Of a DNA stretch of 64,000 bases, positions 20,597 to 29,326 are shown piece by piece; the first letter of the stretch is position 1, and every line of letters begins with the position of its first letter. The notes under the pieces were generated by a model, which did no database searches, was not told where the DNA came from, and was given only the letters and a program-made list of their open reading frames with translations. The position numbers and the translations under genes were made by a program. Source of the stretch: an uncultured Phycisphaerae bacterium (GTDB lineage Bacteria; Planctomycetota; Phycisphaerae; SM23-33); the NCBI GenBank assembly GCA_963760365.1, contig CAVXDC010000008.1, positions 15,328 to 79,327 of the forward strand, in the 5' to 3' direction.

Positions 20597-21515
20597 TTAG
20601 GAGCGTCTGCGGCGAAGCAGGCCCAAAGCACCCAGACCCAGGATCGTCAACGTCGCCGGCTCGGGCACGAACTGGATGACCAACGTCGGCCGGTCGCCTG
20701 CGGTGCCAGCTTCCAGGCTCTGATAATACGTCATGTGATTGGCGCCGAGCATGAACGTGAAGGAATCATCCGTGTCCGTGGCAATGATGTCCTTCATCTG
20801 GACCTGACTGGTATTGGGGTCCCAGCCGCCACCTGAAGTGTTGGCCCAGGTGGTTTGGGCGCCATTGCCGTCGGCGGAGGTCGTCTGCAGCAGGTTCCAC
20901 GTCACGCTCCGCACCGCGTTCATGTGGGCCTCATCCACCCACTTGCCTCGGATGACTTCCGTCCCGGGGTAACCGTTGACGTTGGGGTCATAAGGGAAGT
21001 TGGGGTCGATGTCGGTTGCGGACTTGATGAAGTACTTGGCGTTGTCGCTCGCCGCGTGCCCTGAAACACTGCCGTAATACTGAAGCGAGTTGTAATAGGT
21101 GATGGTGTCTTCATCCCAGGTGTCGTAATACTCCTTCAGCGCCCACAGCCGCAGCTCCTTGCTGTTCATGTCATGGTAGCCAGTGTTGGCGTCCGCCTGG
21201 GCCGTCAGCTTCAGCGAGGCCGCCACGACGTTGGCAGCCGTCAGGAACGAACTGGTCGGCAGGTCAAAGCGGATGTACGACTTCTGGCCATGATCATCCG
21301 GGTTGGCGTCGGCAAGGCGGCTTGGCGGGACCGTCTCCAGACGGTTCTCCGTCCCATAGTTGGTATTCGTGGCCGTCTGATCCACCCGCATCCGCCGTTG
21401 ACGTGGCTGTCCATATCCACGTGCCGCCGTCGGGGCTGAGGGTCAGCTCGCCGGCATTGGCCACCATGCCAAGCGCTCCTAAGACAAACACTGCAATTAC
21501 GAATCGTTTCACCAT
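20597..21515 (-). CDS. DNRLRE/CBM96-like domain PEP-CTERM protein, copy 3 (frameshift near 21390)
   Basis: Signal peptide in ORF 21294..21515 and mature part in 20597..21391; very close to copy 2. Confidence 0.9.
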
Positions 21516-21758
21516 ATTCCCTTCCTTTCAAGAAGACAAAATACAGATGCTCCGACAAACCGAGGGAGAGAGATGAAGCGCACCTACAGCTTCATCAAAC
21601 TCCTTCCTTCTTTGTGTAAGGCAGGCTTTTACAACCCATCCCGCCGCAACATCCTTGGCGACGGGGCTCCGTTAGCTCCAAACGCCCCGGTCCTTCGCTC
21701 CATACCTTGGACCGGGTCCATTACTCCCTTATTCTACCTCCTTCTGTCCTTCTGTCAA
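21516..21758 (-). promoter_or_regulatory. sigma70 promoter + conserved structured 5' leader, copy 3
   Basis: TTGACA-N16-TAGAAT (21758-21731); hairpin CCCGGTCC/GGACCGGG with a GTATGGAGCGAA loop; second hairpin loop CAAGGATGT. Confidence 0.8.
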
Positions 21759-21971
21759 GGGAACAAAGGCAATTGCAGCGAAAAACAACAAATAAAATGG
21801 GGCTTTCCGCCCCGCGGTTGGGGGTTCCCCAGGGGGGGTGGATGGGGCTTGTATGCCCCCTTTTCCTAAGGCTTGCGAAAGACCTTGGTCGTATGGTGGG
21901 CGTTTGGTGGGATGGAATCCAAAGCAATTCCCGCCCTCCCCTCCCAAGATCGCCGGCGGCAACCCTGTAAG

Positions 21972-22061
21972 AAAAACCAAGCACGCCAGACCTCAACCGG
22001 TCCGGCGTGCTTGCCGGTATAGTCAAAGCAACTAACTGCTTGCGAATAAACTTAGTTGTGC
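21972..22061 (-). terminator. Conserved 3' trailer + intrinsic terminator, copy 4
   Basis: TTTGACTATACCGGC, then AAGCACGCCGGACC/GGTCTGGCGTGCTT and a T run. Confidence 0.75.
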
Positions 22062-22997
22062 TCAGCTACGCTTGCGTCGGATCAAGCCCAAAGCACCCAG
22101 GGCAAGCACCGTCAGCGTCGCCGGCTCGGGGACGAACGTGATGGTCAGCGTCGGCTTGGAGGCCTCATCGGGGGCGCCTTCCTTGCTGTAGAGGGGCTGC
22201 CACGTATTGTTCGGGCCGAGCATGATCGTAATGGAGCTGTCCGTGTCGTAGTCAATGATATCCAGGAAGTTGTTGCGGCTGGAATCACCATTGCCATCCG
22301 AGGTCTGGACGGCGCTGGCACCATAATGGTACCCATTCGAATCTCCGGACGCGGTGTTCGTCACCAGACCGAACGTGTCCGAATCATACCAGGGTTGGAC
22401 GTTCTGCCACGTGGTCTCCGCCAGATACGTCGCCGGGATCCCGTTGGTGATGTAATAGTTGTACCACGAGTCGTTGGGGTCCAGACAGGCGGCTGCGTTG
22501 TTCTTGTTAAAGTACTTCGCGTCGCCTAGACCGGCCTTGACGTTTCCAAAACTCCCCAACGAGTTGGTCCAGTTGATGGTGTTTTCCGCCCAGGCGTCGT
22601 ATTGCTCATTCAACGCATACATCCGGATCTTCTTGCCCTTCTGGAGGGTGGTGGACCAATTGTTTGCATCCGTATCGACGGTGACCGTGACCAAGGCCTG
22701 GACGACGTTCGAAACAGGCATATTGGTAAAATCGTAACCATCCTCGGCGGTCGGCAGATCGAAGCGGATGTACGACTTCCTGAACGGTGAGGCGCCGGGG
22801 TCCACGTACAAGAAGTTTGCGTCCCCGTAGTTGTCGCCCTGATTCGAATCCAGGTCGCTCACCGTGGCATCTGCCCTTGACGTGACCGTCCAGGTGTACG
22901 TGCCGCCGGACAAAGTCAATACGCCGTTAGGGTCAGCACTGGCGATCGCTCCCATCGCAAGCACAAGTCCACATATAAGAACTACTCTCTTATCCAT
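22062..22997 (-). CDS. DNRLRE/CBM96-like domain PEP-CTERM protein, copy 4
   Basis: MDKRVV signal peptide, DNYG, KSYIRFDL, WAENTINW, YSKE..KPTLTITFVPEP tail. Confidence 0.93.
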   Translation of the reverse strand: MDKRVVLICGLVLAMGAIASADPNGVLTLSGGTYTWTVTSRADATVSDLDSNQGDNYGDANFLYVDPGASPFRKSYIRFDLPTAEDGYDFTNMPVSNVVQALVTVTVDTDANNWSTTLQKGKKIRMYALNEQYDAWAENTINWTNSLGSFGNVKAGLGDAKYFNKNNAAACLDPNDSWYNYYITNGIPATYLAETTWQNVQPWYDSDTFGLVTNTASGDSNGYHYGASAVQTSDGNGDSSRNNFLDIIDYDTDSSITIMLGPNNTWQPLYSKEGAPDEASKPTLTITFVPEPATLTVLALGALGLIRRKRS

Positions 22998-23238
22998 CGT
23001 GATCCTTCCTTTCGTGAAAAGACAAGGGCACTTCAACGACTTGAGGGAAAGAGGTGAATCAAGAATGCAACCCTATACTCACGCTCCTTCCTTTTGTAAG
23101 GCAGGCACGCAACCCGTCCCGCCGCTAAGTGATTGACGGCGGGGCTCCGTTAGCTTCCAAACGCCTCGGTCATTCGCTCCATACTACTGACCAAGACGCT
23201 CACACATACTATTGTACCTTGACTGTCCCGGATGTCAA
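22998..23238 (-). promoter_or_regulatory. sigma70 promoter + conserved structured 5' leader, copy 4
   Basis: TTGACA-N16-TACAAT (23238-23211); hairpin GCGTCTTGGTCA/TGACCGAGGCGT with a GTAGTATGGAGCGAA loop. Confidence 0.8.
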
Positions 23239-23454
23239 GAGAACAAAGGCGATTGCGGCCAAAAAACGGGGCGTTCCGACCCAGCGGTCAGGGGAATCCC
23301 CACAGGAGGGGGAAGGAGGCTTCCCGACCCTTTTCCCCCAAGATTCCCCTAAGATTCTCCTAAGATTTGCGATAACCCTTGCTCATGGGGTGGGATGGAG
23401 TCCAAAGCGATCCCCGTTGCCCCCTCTCAAAATCGCTTGAGGAAACCTTGTCAG

Positions 23455-23543
23455 TAAATCAAGCACGCCGAACCTTAACCGGTCCGGCGTGCTTGCCGGT
23501 ATAGTCAAAGCAACTAACTGCTTGCGAAAACTGCTTGTTACGT
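23455..23543 (-). terminator. Conserved 3' trailer + intrinsic terminator, copy 5
   Basis: Nearly identical to the copy 4 trailer. Confidence 0.72.
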
Positions 23544-24453
23544 TCAGCTACGCCTGCGACGGATGAGAGCCAGACCGCCCAGGCACAACATCGTCAGCGT
23601 TGCCGGTTCGGGGACGAACGTAATCGTCAGCGTCGGCTTGCTGGAGGCGGCCACATTAGCATCTGAGCTGTACAAAGCTTCCCAACCGTTGTTGGGGCCG
23701 ACCATGAGCGTCAGGGAATTGTCCGTGTCGTCATAGATCAGCTCCCGGAAGTTGATGGTGGTATCTCCACCCCCATGGCTAGAACCCGCACCATCGGTTT
23801 GTTGGGGAGTGGTCACCCCGTATCCGCTACCCGAGGTGGTAGCCGTGATCAAACCGAACGAGCACGTGTACGGCCATGGATTCGTGTTCTGCCAATAATC
23901 CTCTGCAACATACGTAGCCGGGACACCATTGGTGATGTAATAGTTGTAATACGTGTCAGTGGCGTTGCCATCCAGACAGGCGGTTCCGTTGCTCTTGTTA
24001 AAGTACTTCTGGTCTCCCAGGCCGGCCTTGACGTTTGCAAAAGTCCCTAACGCTTCGTTCCAGGTGATGGTGTTTTCCGCCCAGGTGTCGTAGACCTCGT
24101 ACAAGCCGTAGATCCGGGTCCTCTTGTTCGTCATTTTGGTATTGCTGTTCACCACGTTGCTGTCGACGGTGAGGGTCAGCAGGGCCTGGACTAGGTTCGT
24201 ACTGGTGAACTGGGCATTATCCGGCAGGTCGAACCTCATGTAGAACTTCTTGAACGGGGCGCTGGTCTGGTCGATCTTCATGAGGGTGTCGCTTCCGTAG
24301 TTCGTACCGGTGTTAGCCCCATCCACGAGGGCGTCATCAACCGCGGTGGCCGTCCAGGTGTACGTCCCGCCGCTCAACACCAACGAGCCAGCCGCTAGCA
24401 ACCGTTCCCATCGCAAGCACAAGGCCACATACAATAACTACTCTCCTATCCAT
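23544..24453 (-). CDS. DNRLRE/CBM96-like domain PEP-CTERM protein, copy 5 (frameshift near 24395)
   Basis: ATG 24453 gives MDRRVVIVCGLVLAMGTVAS, then shifts into AGSLVLSGGTY..; VPEP tail; closest to copy 4. Confidence 0.9.
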
Positions 24454-24456
24454 CAT

Positions 24457-24708
24457 GACCCTTCCTTTCAAAAAGACTACAGACAACTACTACAGATGCT
24501 CCAAGGGCCAGAGGGAAAGACGTGAGACGCAACAACAAGTTCGTCTCGTTCCTTCCTTCTTTGTGTAAGGCAGGCAGTTCAACCCATCCCGCCGCTACAT
24601 CCTTGGCGACGGGGCTCCGTTAGCTCCAAAACGCCCCGGCCATTCGCTCCGTACTACTGGCCGCGACGTTCACACATAACATTGTACCTTAACCATCCCG
24701 GCTGTCAA
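24457..24708 (-). promoter_or_regulatory. sigma70 promoter + conserved structured 5' leader, copy 5
   Basis: TTGACA-N16-TACAAT (24708-24681); hairpin AACGTCGCGGCCA/TGGCCGGGGCGTT with a GTAGTACGGAGCGAA loop; second loop CAAGGATGT. Confidence 0.8.
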
Positions 24709-24987
24709 GGATTGAAAGACGGCGGAGGACAAATTAAGAAAAACCAAATTTGGGTTATCCGAGCCGAGCGGGCAACAAGGCCTCTTTCATTCTGCCCGAA
24801 TTATCGTAAGATTATCAATAAAATGCACTTGCTGAATTCGGCCGGAGCCACATCACACCAAAGGAACCCGAAGGCCTAGAGGTGAAGTGGCTGCCAATTC
24901 ATTTCCTGAGGGCAACTTGTGAAAATCGTCCCCTTTCCCCCTTTGCTTTTTTGGTAGCTCATCCTGCCGGCTGGGTTGCGTGGGGGG

Positions 24988-26408
24988 TTAGCGTCCCAGA
25001 AGGCCCAGGCGGTGCATCTTCTTATAGAGCGTAGTGCGGTTGATGCCCAGTTGGCGAGCGGTGGCCTTGCGGCTGCCTCCGTTGGCGGCCAGGGCGGCCT
25101 GGATGATCTGCTTTTCGGGCTCATCCAGGGCCTGGTAGAGGGTTTTCCCAGCCGCGGAGGCCACCAGCTCGGCTGCGGCGGGTTGGCCCTGGGTCAGGGC
25201 GGGCGGCAGGTCGTCCACGTCGACCAGCGACTTGCGGCACAAGACCACCGCCCGCTCCACGGCGTTCTCCAATTCACGGATGTTGCCCGGCCAGAGATAG
25301 CGCTGCATCCGCTCCAGCGCCTCGCGGGTCACGCCCTCGATGGGCTTGGAGGTTTTTTCCACGTACTTGAGCAGGAAGTAATCGACCAGGAGGGGGAGGT
25401 CCCCGATCCGCTCCCGCAGCGGCGGCAGCTCGATGGTCACGACGTGGATGCGGTAGAACAGGTCTTTGCGGAACCGCCCGGCCTCCACCTCGGCCGCCAG
25501 GTCGCGGTGGGTGGCCAGGATCACCCGCACGTCCACGCGGCGGGTGTCGTTGCTGCCGACCGGCTCGAACGAGCGCTCCTGGAGCACGCGGAGGAGCTTG
25601 ACCTGGAGCTGCGGGCTGGCGGTGGCGACCTCGTCCAGGAAGATCGTCCCGCCATCGGCGGCGGCGAACTTGCCCTGCTTGTCGGACACCGCGCCGTGAA
25701 GGCCCCCCGGACGTGCCCGAACAGCTCGCTCTCCAGCAGCGTGTCGGGCAGGGCCCCGCAGGCGACCTCCACGAAGGGTTTGTCGCGGCGGCCGGAGCGG
25801 GCGTGGATCTCGCGGGCGATCAGGCTCTTGCCGGTGCCGCTCTCCCCGGTGATCAGCACGGTGGTGGGGGTGTCGGCCACGGTGTCGATCAGCTCGAAGA
25901 CCTTGGCCATGCGGTAGTGCTGCCCGATGATCTCACCGGAGCCCAAGCGGCTCGACATCGCCGCCCGCAGGCGGCGGTTCTCGTCCAGGAGCTGCTGCTG
26001 CTGGAGCGCCCGCCGGACGGCCAGGCGGACGTCGTCGTCGATGATCGGCTTGGTCAGGTAGTCGTAGGCCCCCAGCTTGATGGCCTCCACGGCCGACTCG
26101 ATCGTCCCGTAGCCGGTAATCATGATGACGGCCGCGTCGGGGGCGTGCCCCTTGGCCTGCCGCAGCAGCTCAAAGCCGTCGCGGTCCGGCATGGAGACGT
26201 CGGTGATGACCAGGTCGTATCGGCCGGCCTGGAGGCAATCGACGGCCTGGGCGACCGTCGCGACGGCGGTGACGTCGAAACCGTCCTGGCGGAGAAAGCT
26301 GCCCAGGCTGTCCAGGATGATCTGATCGTCATCCACCAGGAGGATGCGCGTCTTGGCCAGAGGGGCCAGAGGGGTCTGCGGGATGGCACTTTCGCTCTCG
26401 CCGGCCAT
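24988..26408 (-). CDS. NtrC-family sigma54-dependent response regulator (frameshift near 25695)
   Basis: REC (LLVDDD, ITDVSMP), [20 protein letters not shown] (shift inside GAFTGA), [15 protein letters not shown], Fis HTH. Confidence 0.93.
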
Positions 26409-26411
26409 GGC

Positions 26412-27500
26412 CTATCCTCCCGCGCCCCTGGCCTGGGCGACGGCCAAGCGGACCGGCACCGCGATCGTCACGATCGCCCCGCCTTCTGGGTTCGGCTCGG
26501 CTGAGATCGTCCCGCCCAGGGCGGTGACGATCTCGCGACAGATGGTCAGTCCCAGCCCCACCCCCTGGCCGGCGGGCTTGGTGGTATAGAACGGTTCAAA
26601 GGCCCTCCGAGCCTGCTCCTCCGTCAGCCCGCAACCGGTGTCGGTGAACATCAGGACGCACCGGCCATCGCCCAGGTGAGTGCGGATCGTCAGCGTCCCC
26701 CCCTCCGGCATGGCGTCCAGGGCGTTCTTGATGACGTTGCAGAAGACCTGGAACATCCGGACGTCCGTGGCCACGCCGCCGTCCTCCCCCAGGTCATAGA
26801 CGACGGCCACGCCCAAGGCCGACGCCCGCGGGGCAAAGGCAGTCACGGCCTCTTGCAACAACCTCTCCAACGATTCTCTTGCCCCCCCGCCGGATGGGCC
26901 GTGGTCCAGCATGTCGCGGATGATCGCCGCCATCCGCAGCAGACCGTCGCGGGCGGCGGCCAGGTGCTCTTGGGCCTGGCCTTCCACCAACCGCTGGGCC
27001 AGCCCAAGATAACGCAGCACACCGTCCAGCGGATTGTTCAACTCATGGGCCATCCGGGCCGCGGCCTTGGCCTGGGCCGCCAGACGCTCGCTGACGGCCA
27101 AGCGACGTTCCGCCGACGCCCGAAGCGAGACGTCCTCCACCACCACCAGCACGGCCTGGGTGCCGGCTTCCGGCGGCTGGATGGACTCCACCGGGCAGGG
27201 CAGGCGGCGCATGGAGACGTCCACCAGCAGCCGTCTGCTGCCGGCCTCGGCCAGCGACACGTTGCGGTGAACCAGACCCGCCGGCTCCTCCCAAAGTGCC
27301 GCCACGTCGGAGTCCCAGTTCAACCCCGTTCCTACCACGTCGCACAGCACTGCGGCCACGTGGTCGCCCGGGGGCAGGATTTTCTCCGCCTCCTGGTTGC
27401 GGTAGAGGATCGAGCCGCTCCGGCGGGCGATTAGCACCGCCTGCGGCAGCAGGTCCAACGCCAGCCACGCCATCTCCCCGTCGTCGTTCTTTTCGTTCAT
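26412..27500 (-). CDS. Cytoplasmic PAS-like sensor histidine kinase
   Basis: AHELNNPL H-box, NVIKNALDA, DTGCG, FEPFYTTK, GVGLGL. Confidence 0.92.
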   Translation of the reverse strand: MNEKNDDGEMAWLALDLLPQAVLIARRSGSILYRNQEAEKILPPGDHVAAVLCDVVGTGLNWDSDVAALWEEPAGLVHRNVSLAEAGSRRLLVDVSMRRLPCPVESIQPPEAGTQAVLVVVEDVSLRASAERRLAVSERLAAQAKAAARMAHELNNPLDGVLRYLGLAQRLVEGQAQEHLAAARDGLLRMAAIIRDMLDHGPSGGGARESLERLLQEAVTAFAPRASALGVAVVYDLGEDGGVATDVRMFQVFCNVIKNALDAMPEGGTLTIRTHLGDGRCVLMFTDTGCGLTEEQARRAFEPFYTTKPAGQGVGLGLTICREIVTALGGTISAEPNPEGGAIVTIAVPVRLAVAQARGAGG

Positions 27501-27868
27501 GAGATGTGGACTGCCAATCTACCGGCCAATGTTGCCAATAGTCAACATGTTTATTTCGGTAAACATTCGACTGGACTTGAGCCAAAACCAACCTCCAGGC
27601 CGACCGATTACCCACGCCCCTTCCAACCCGCTGCGTTTTTGAAAAGAGTTGACCGCCAAGCACGGCGGTGATAGCATGGCTTATGACAAAAGCTATGACG
27701 TTGACGAAAGCCATTTTGTTTCAGTATTCCCGCCACCACCGGGCCTAGCCCGGGACCTCGCCTTTATCTCAATCCATCCTCTTTATCCGTTCCGGTTTCC
27801 ATACTTCCTGGGCCGGGTGCGTTTGCGTTGCAAAGCCCCCACCAGGCCATTACAGTGAGGTCCAAGCC

Positions 27869-29326
27869 ATGAGCATTCGAATCATCAGCCACAAAGATAG
27901 CGATTACCAAGTGCAGGTAGAGCAGTTGCGCACTAAACTCCAAGGGCTAGACTTGCTTGCCGGTGGAGTGCATGGAAAGAACGAGGTAGCAAACAGTGTC
28001 AAGAAAACTATCTACGCCGTGCGTAATCGGGGGGACCAAGCCGTGGCCGAGTATACCAAGAGGATACATAGTGCCTCACTGACCCCGGCAGAGTTTAAAG
28101 TGCCTGAAAAGGAGATCGAGCAAACGTATTTAAAATGGAACCAAAAGAACCCTCGTTTCATACAGGTGATCCAGCACGCCATCGCCAACATACAGCGTTA
28201 CCAAAAAAGCATTCTGCTTACAGACCCTGAGCCAGTGATTGTGGAGGGCCGAGAACTCTCCCTGCACTACAGTCCCATAGACAGAGTAGCGGTCTATGTT
28301 CCTGGAGGGCAAGCGGCCTATCCCTCATCTCTCTTGATGACAGTTGTCCCCGCACAAGTAGCTGGCGTAAGGGAGATCGTGGCCGTTTCCCCCCCTAATG
28401 AAGAGGGTAAAGTCAAGGAAGACGTATTGGTGGCTGCGTGGATACTCAACGTGCATACCATCTACCGCGTTGCCGGTCCTGCCGGATTGGCGGCAGTTGC
28501 CTACGGTACAAAGAAAATCAGTAAGGTGGACAAGATCGTTGGCCCTGGAAGTGCCTTCATCGTCGAGGCAAAACGGCAATTGTTCGTCAAAGTAGGCATC
28601 GACGGAATCACCGGGCCCAGCGAGGTGCTGATCATCGCCGATGACACCGCCAAACCGGATTGGCTGGCCGCCGACATGATCGCCCAGGCCGAGCACAACC
28701 CCGGCTCGGGCATGTTGGTCACACCGTCGGAGAAGCTGGCGGGCGCCGTGGCCAGCACGATCGACGAGCAGCTGGCCGACCCGGCTTATACCCGCTCGGC
28801 AGAGGCAAAGGAGTGCATCGAAGCCTTCGGAGCGATTGTGGTGGTCAAGGACCTCCCGGCCGCCTGCGAGGTGGCCAACGACTTCGCCCCCGAGCACCTC
28901 CAGATCATCACCGCCGACGACGAGGCCGTGCTGGCCAAGATCCGTAACGCCGGCGCCATCTTCGTCGGCCCCTGGACGCCTGTGCCTCTGGGCGATTACG
29001 TCGCCGGGCCCAGTCACGTGCTGCCGACGGGCGGGACGGCCCGATTCTCTGGGCCGCTGAGCTGCAACGATTTTCTGAAGGCTTCCAGCGTGATCCGCTA
29101 CGATGCGGCCAGCCTGGCCGCCGACGCGGCCGACGTGATCGACTTCGCCACCCGCGAGGGCCTGACCGCACACGCTAAAGCTGTGAAAATCCGAATTCCG
29201 AAATCCTCTTTCGCGGGCAAACCCGCTTCGGAGGACAAGTCCGAAATCCGAAATCCTCCTTCGCCCCTAGCAAAGCCGAGGCTACGGAGGACAAGCCCAA
29301 AACCTAAATCCCCAAAGCGCAAATGA
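27869..29326 (+). CDS. hisD: Histidinol dehydrogenase
   Basis: YVPGG..YPSS, KIVGPG, GPSE, AQAEH, APEHL, GDYVAGPSHVLPTGG, EGLTAH. Confidence 0.97.
   Translation: MSIRIISHKDSDYQVQVEQLRTKLQGLDLLAGGVHGKNEVANSVKKTIYAVRNRGDQAVAEYTKRIHSASLTPAEFKVPEKEIEQTYLKWNQKNPRFIQVIQHAIANIQRYQKSILLTDPEPVIVEGRELSLHYSPIDRVAVYVPGGQAAYPSSLLMTVVPAQVAGVREIVAVSPPNEEGKVKEDVLVAAWILNVHTIYRVAGPAGLAAVAYGTKKISKVDKIVGPGSAFIVEAKRQLFVKVGIDGITGPSEVLIIADDTAKPDWLAADMIAQAEHNPGSGMLVTPSEKLAGAVASTIDEQLADPAYTRSAEAKECIEAFGAIVVVKDLPAACEVANDFAPEHLQIITADDEAVLAKIRNAGAIFVGPWTPVPLGDYVAGPSHVLPTGGTARFSGPLSCNDFLKASSVIRYDAASLAADAADVIDFATREGLTAHAKAVKIRIPKSSFAGKPASEDKSEIRNPPSPLAKPRLRRTSPKPKSPKRK
29188..29325. repeat. Two tandem REP-like palindromes with ccgaaat heptamers inside the hisD 3' end
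   Basis: tcctctttcg..cttcggaggacaag and tcctccttcg..ctacggaggacaag; similar to the palindromes at 49126-49208. Confidence 0.7.

Noticed and set aside
21380-24400. Phase variation by frameshift in PEP-CTERM copies 3 and 5
   Set aside because: No homopolymer or SSR tract at either shift, and the background indel rate in this window is high.
18921-24670. Leader as a canonical c-di-GMP-I (GEMM) riboswitch
   Set aside because: It lacks the GGCAAA..GAAA..GACGCAAAGC core and only the GGTTG end is reminiscent. An Rfam scan is still needed for formal exclusion.
17857-24708. Integron cassette array, CRISPR array or diversity-generating retroelement
   Set aside because: No integrase, cas or reverse transcriptase gene; the trailers lack evident attC RYYYAAC/GTTRRRY ends; the units carry their own promoters; no template/variable repeat pair seen.
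27500-27868. His-operon attenuator leader peptide
   Set aside because: No short ORF with a run of His codons and no clear terminator/antiterminator pair.
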